Positions 61,069-64,000 of a stretch of DNA of 64,000 nucleotides are shown piece by piece (positions within the stretch are counted from its first letter, which is position 1; every line of letters starts with the position of its first letter). The notes under the pieces are model-generated. The model had not been told where the DNA came from and made no database searches. It saw nothing but the letters and a program-made list of their open reading frames with translations. The translations under genes and the position numbers were made by a program. Location: contig CAVQSP010000014.1 in the NCBI GenBank assembly GCA_963715985.1, positions 64,001-128,000 of the forward strand, written 5' to 3'. This stretch comes from an uncultured Thermoleophilia bacterium. Lineage in GTDB: Bacteria; Actinomycetota; Thermoleophilia; UBA2241.

Positions 61069-62798
61069 AGCTCGATCAGCGGCGCGCCGGCCTCGGCCGC
61101 CTCGGCCTCACCGGCGGCCTTCATGCGCTCCTCGCGCGACATCTCCTGGTGCCCCTCGTGCTCGCCCAGGCGCCGCCCGGTGAACAGGGCGGGGATGATG
61201 GCGATGAGCGCCGCCAGCGCGGCCGCGTAGAAGGGCCAGCTGAACGAGCGCGCGATGTCGCGCTTGTAGATGGCCGCGACCCCGGCGTTGACCTTGCTCC
61301 ACTGCAGCGCCTCCGGCGTCCCGGCCGGCGGCCGGGGGGCGCCCTTCAGCGGGTAGGTGGTGAGGCCTGACCCGCCGCCTCCGCTCTTCGCGGCGGCCTT
61401 GGCGTTCTTGATGATGGTCGCCGAGTACAAGCCTTTCTCGGCGGCGCTGAGCTGCTGCTGCGTGGCCACGAAGCCCATGGCCTGCTTGGTCGCTTGCTGG
61501 GCGTTCTGCGCCACCGTGTGCGTGAAGATCGCCACCACCAGCGCGACGCCGATGGTGAAGCCCACCTGGCGCATCGTGTTGAGCGAGCCGGAGCCGACGC
61601 CGCGGACCTCGGTCGGCAGGGAGGCCATCGACGCCGCGGACAGGGTCGGCATGGCGAGGCCCATGCCCACGCCCAGGAAGACGACCCGCCACATCACGTC
61701 CAGCAGCGTGGTGCCCCCGCCGAGCTGGGCCAGCAAGATGAGGCCGATACCGAAGCACGCCGCCCCGACGGCGGCGGGCAGCCGCGGACCGATGCGGTCG
61801 TTGAGGCGGCCGGCGTTGGGGGCCACGATCAGGGCGATCACCGGCATCACCGTGAGCGCCATCGCGGCGCGGAGCTCTGAGTAGCCCAGCACCGAGACGA
61901 GGAAGATGACGACCATGAGGAAGGTGCCGCCCATGGCGAGGCCGATGAACATGATCGACGAGTTGGCGGCCGTGAACGAGCGGATGCGCAACAGCTTGAC
62001 CGGGAACATCGGCGACGGCGTGCGCATCTCCCACCAGATGAACAGCGGGAAGGTGGCGGCGGCCGCCACGAGCAGCCCGATGACCGCGGCCGAGGTCCAG
62101 CCCCAGGTGTTGCCCTGCACCAGCCCCAGCGTGAGCATGAAGAGACCCGCGCCCGAGATGAGGATGCCGGGGATGTCGATGCCGCCCTGGGAGCGGGCCT
62201 TCTTGACCGAGACGGGGAGGACGATGCCGCAGACGACGAGGGCGGCGATGCCGATGGGGACGTTGACGAAGAAGATCCACGACCAGTGCCCGTAGGTCAC
62301 GAGCACGCCACCCAGCACCGGCCCGACGGCCGCCGCCGCCGTACCCAGCGCCCCCCACAAGCCGACTGCCATGCCCTGCTGGCGCTTCGGGAACGCGCCC
62401 AGCACGATCGGCAGCGAGATGGTCAGCAGCGCGGCGCCGCCGATGCCCTGGGCGGCGCGGAAGGCGATCAGCCAATCGATGGTGGGGGCGAAGCCGCAGG
62501 CCATCGATGCCAGCGTGAAGGTGACGAGGCCGAACATGAAGACACGCTTGAGGCCGTAGCGGTCGGCGATGCGCCCCATGGAGAGGAAGCACACGGCGAG
62601 CACCAGGCTGTAGGCGTTGAGCACCCACGAGGCATGCGTCACCGTGGTGTGCAGGTCGGTGATGATGGCCGGCATCGCGATGTTGACGATGGTCACGTCG
62701 AGCAACCCCATGAACATGCCGATGGAGACGGCCGCGAGGATCCACCACTTGCGCGGGTGGCCCCGGTCGAGGGTGGGGTCGAGTGAGGGGTCGCTCAC
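61065..62798 (-). CDS. MFS DHA2 (EmrB/QacA) efflux transporter
   Basis: FMGLLDVTIVNIAMP, WVLNAYSL, GRIADRYGLKR, WSWIFFVNVPIG. Confidence 0.93.
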   Translation of the reverse strand: MSDPSLDPTLDRGHPRKWWILAAVSIGMFMGLLDVTIVNIAMPAIITDLHTTVTHASWVLNAYSLVLAVCFLSMGRIADRYGLKRVFMFGLVTFTLASMACGFAPTIDWLIAFRAAQGIGGAALLTISLPIVLGAFPKRQQGMAVGLWGALGTAAAAVGPVLGGVLVTYGHWSWIFFVNVPIGIAALVVCGIVLPVSVKKARSQGGIDIPGILISGAGLFMLTLGLVQGNTWGWTSAAVIGLLVAAAATFPLFIWWEMRTPSPMFPVKLLRIRSFTAANSSIMFIGLAMGGTFLMVVIFLVSVLGYSELRAAMALTVMPVIALIVAPNAGRLNDRIGPRLPAAVGAACFGIGLILLAQLGGGTTLLDVMWRVVFLGVGMGLAMPTLSAASMASLPTEVRGVGSGSLNTMRQVGFTIGVALVVAIFTHTVAQNAQQATKQAMGFVATQQQLSAAEKGLYSATIIKNAKAAAKSGGGGSGLTTYPLKGAPRPPAGTPEALQWSKVNAGVAAIYKRDIARSFSWPFYAAALAALIAIIPALFTGRRLGEHEGHQEMSREERMKAAGEAEAAEAGAPLIEL

Positions 62799-64000
62799 GG
62801 TGAGGTCCTTCCGGTGCGGGAGTGGTCTGTGGCTGATGCGCGTCGCTCGTCGTGCGCGCCGGCGAGCGCGACGAAGGTCTCTTCCAGGGTGGCGGGGACG
62901 GTGGTGAGGGCGGCGGCGACGCCGCCCGCGTCGAGCGCAGCCTGTACGCGGGCGGCGTCGCCGCCCGGCACGCGCAGCGTGCGCCCGACGAGTGCGGCCT
63001 TGAGACCGGCCCCGTCGAGGGCGGTGAAAGCGGCCTCCCAACGCGGCGCCTCGACGGCCACGGCCAGGCGCCGCCCGACGATCTCGGCGAGGGTGCCCTG
63101 CGCGACCACGCGGCCGGCGGCCATCACGACCAGGCGGTCGCAGTAGCCCGCCTCGTCGAGGTGGTGCGTGGTCACGAGCACGCCGGCGCCGCCGGCGGCC
63201 GCGTCGCGGATGGACGCCCAGAGGCGCGCACGCGCGGCAGGGTCCACGCCGGAGGTGGGCTCGTCGAGCACGAGCAGCTCCGGCGCGTGCGAGAGCGCCG
63301 CCGCGAAGGCGAGGCGGCGGCGCAGGCCCTGCGACAGGCTCCGCACCACGGAGTCGCGGCGGGCCTCGAGCTCGGGGTCGAGGGCCGGGGCGGTGCCGCC
63401 GAAGGCGCGCGCCGCGAACTCGAGGTTCTCGCGCACGGTGAGGTCCTCCCAGAGGCCGAGGCCCTGCGGTACGTAGCCGAGGCGCAGTCGCGCCTGCCGG
63501 GACGGCGGCCGCCCGAAGAGCCGCACGGCGCCGGACGTCGGGTGGAGCAGCCCCAGAAGGAGCCGGATAAGGGTCGTCTTGCCGGCGCCGTTGGCGCCCA
63601 GCAGCCCGACGACCTCGCCGGCGCGCACCTGCAGGTCCACGCCGTCCACCGCCGCGGTGTGGCCGAAGCGGCGCACCACGGCGGTCGTCGAGGCCTGACT
63701 CGGGGCCGAGGCCGACGGCGTCCGCGCGGCGCGGGCGGATGACGCGGCGGCGCCCGTGGGAAGTGCCGACGCGACCGCGTCCGGCGGCCCGGCCGCCAGC
63801 GCGCGCCCTTCGTCGAGCAGCAGGACCCAGGCGGCGCGCCCGGCCTCGTCGAGGTAGGTGGTGGACACGACGACGCCGGCGCCCGCCGCCGCCGCGCCGG
63901 CGATGAGGCGCCACAACTCGGCCCGGCTCACGGGGTCCACGCCGGTGGTGGGCTCGTCGAGGATCAGCAGGTCGGGCTCGTGCAGCATGGCCAGGGCGAA
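62795..64000 (-). CDS. ABC transporter with two ATPase domains, 5'-truncated by window
   Basis: LDEPTTGVDP, GANGAGKTT, LSQG, LDEPTSGVDP. Confidence 0.88.
   Translation of the reverse strand, partial: FALAMLHEPDLLILDEPTTGVDPVSRAELWRLIAGAAAAGAGVVVSTTYLDEAGRAAWVLLLDEGRALAAGPPDAVASALPTGAAASSARAARTPSASAPSQASTTAVVRRFGHTAAVDGVDLQVRAGEVVGLLGANGAGKTTLIRLLLGLLHPTSGAVRLFGRPPSRQARLRLGYVPQGLGLWEDLTVRENLEFAARAFGGTAPALDPELEARRDSVVRSLSQGLRRRLAFAAALSHAPELLVLDEPTSGVDPAARARLWASIRDAAAGGAGVLVTTHHLDEAGYCDRLVVMAAGRVVAQGTLAEIVGRRLAVAVEAPRWEAAFTALDGAGLKAALVGRTLRVPGGDAARVQAALDAGGVAAALTTVPATLEETFVALAGAHDERRASATDHSRTGRTSP

Overview
High-GC bacterial DNA, probably an anaerobic or microaerophilic Actinomycetota (Thermoleophilia/Coriobacteriia-like; inferred from gene style, not proven). 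Many single-base indels split genes, as in an unpolished long-read assembly. Left part: two non-pyrrolysine MttB-family methyltransferases, an orphan iscX, and an agmatine deiminase cluster under a TetR with two 22-bp operators. Centre (about 14.8-44 kb): a catabolic island with three DeoR regulators, three APC permeases, two metallophosphoesterases, two small-molecule kinases, a nucleotidyltransferase-like protein, a PLP aminotransferase, an atypical transaldolase, two transketolases, an Fe-ADH, two corrinoid proteins and one methyltransferase each of the MttB, MtbB and MtmB families. Main result: the MtbB gene (36406-37806) has an in-frame TAG at 37462-37464, exactly at the conserved pyrrolysine position, so the two ORFs in the track are one amber-recoded protein. 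The neighbouring MtmB and MttB homologues lack Pyl, TAG is still an ordinary stop elsewhere, and no pyl genes are in the window. Right part: cydAB, tmRNA, a two-component system with membrane/ABC genes, a P-type ATPase, a radical SAM protein and TetR/MFS/ABC efflux genes.
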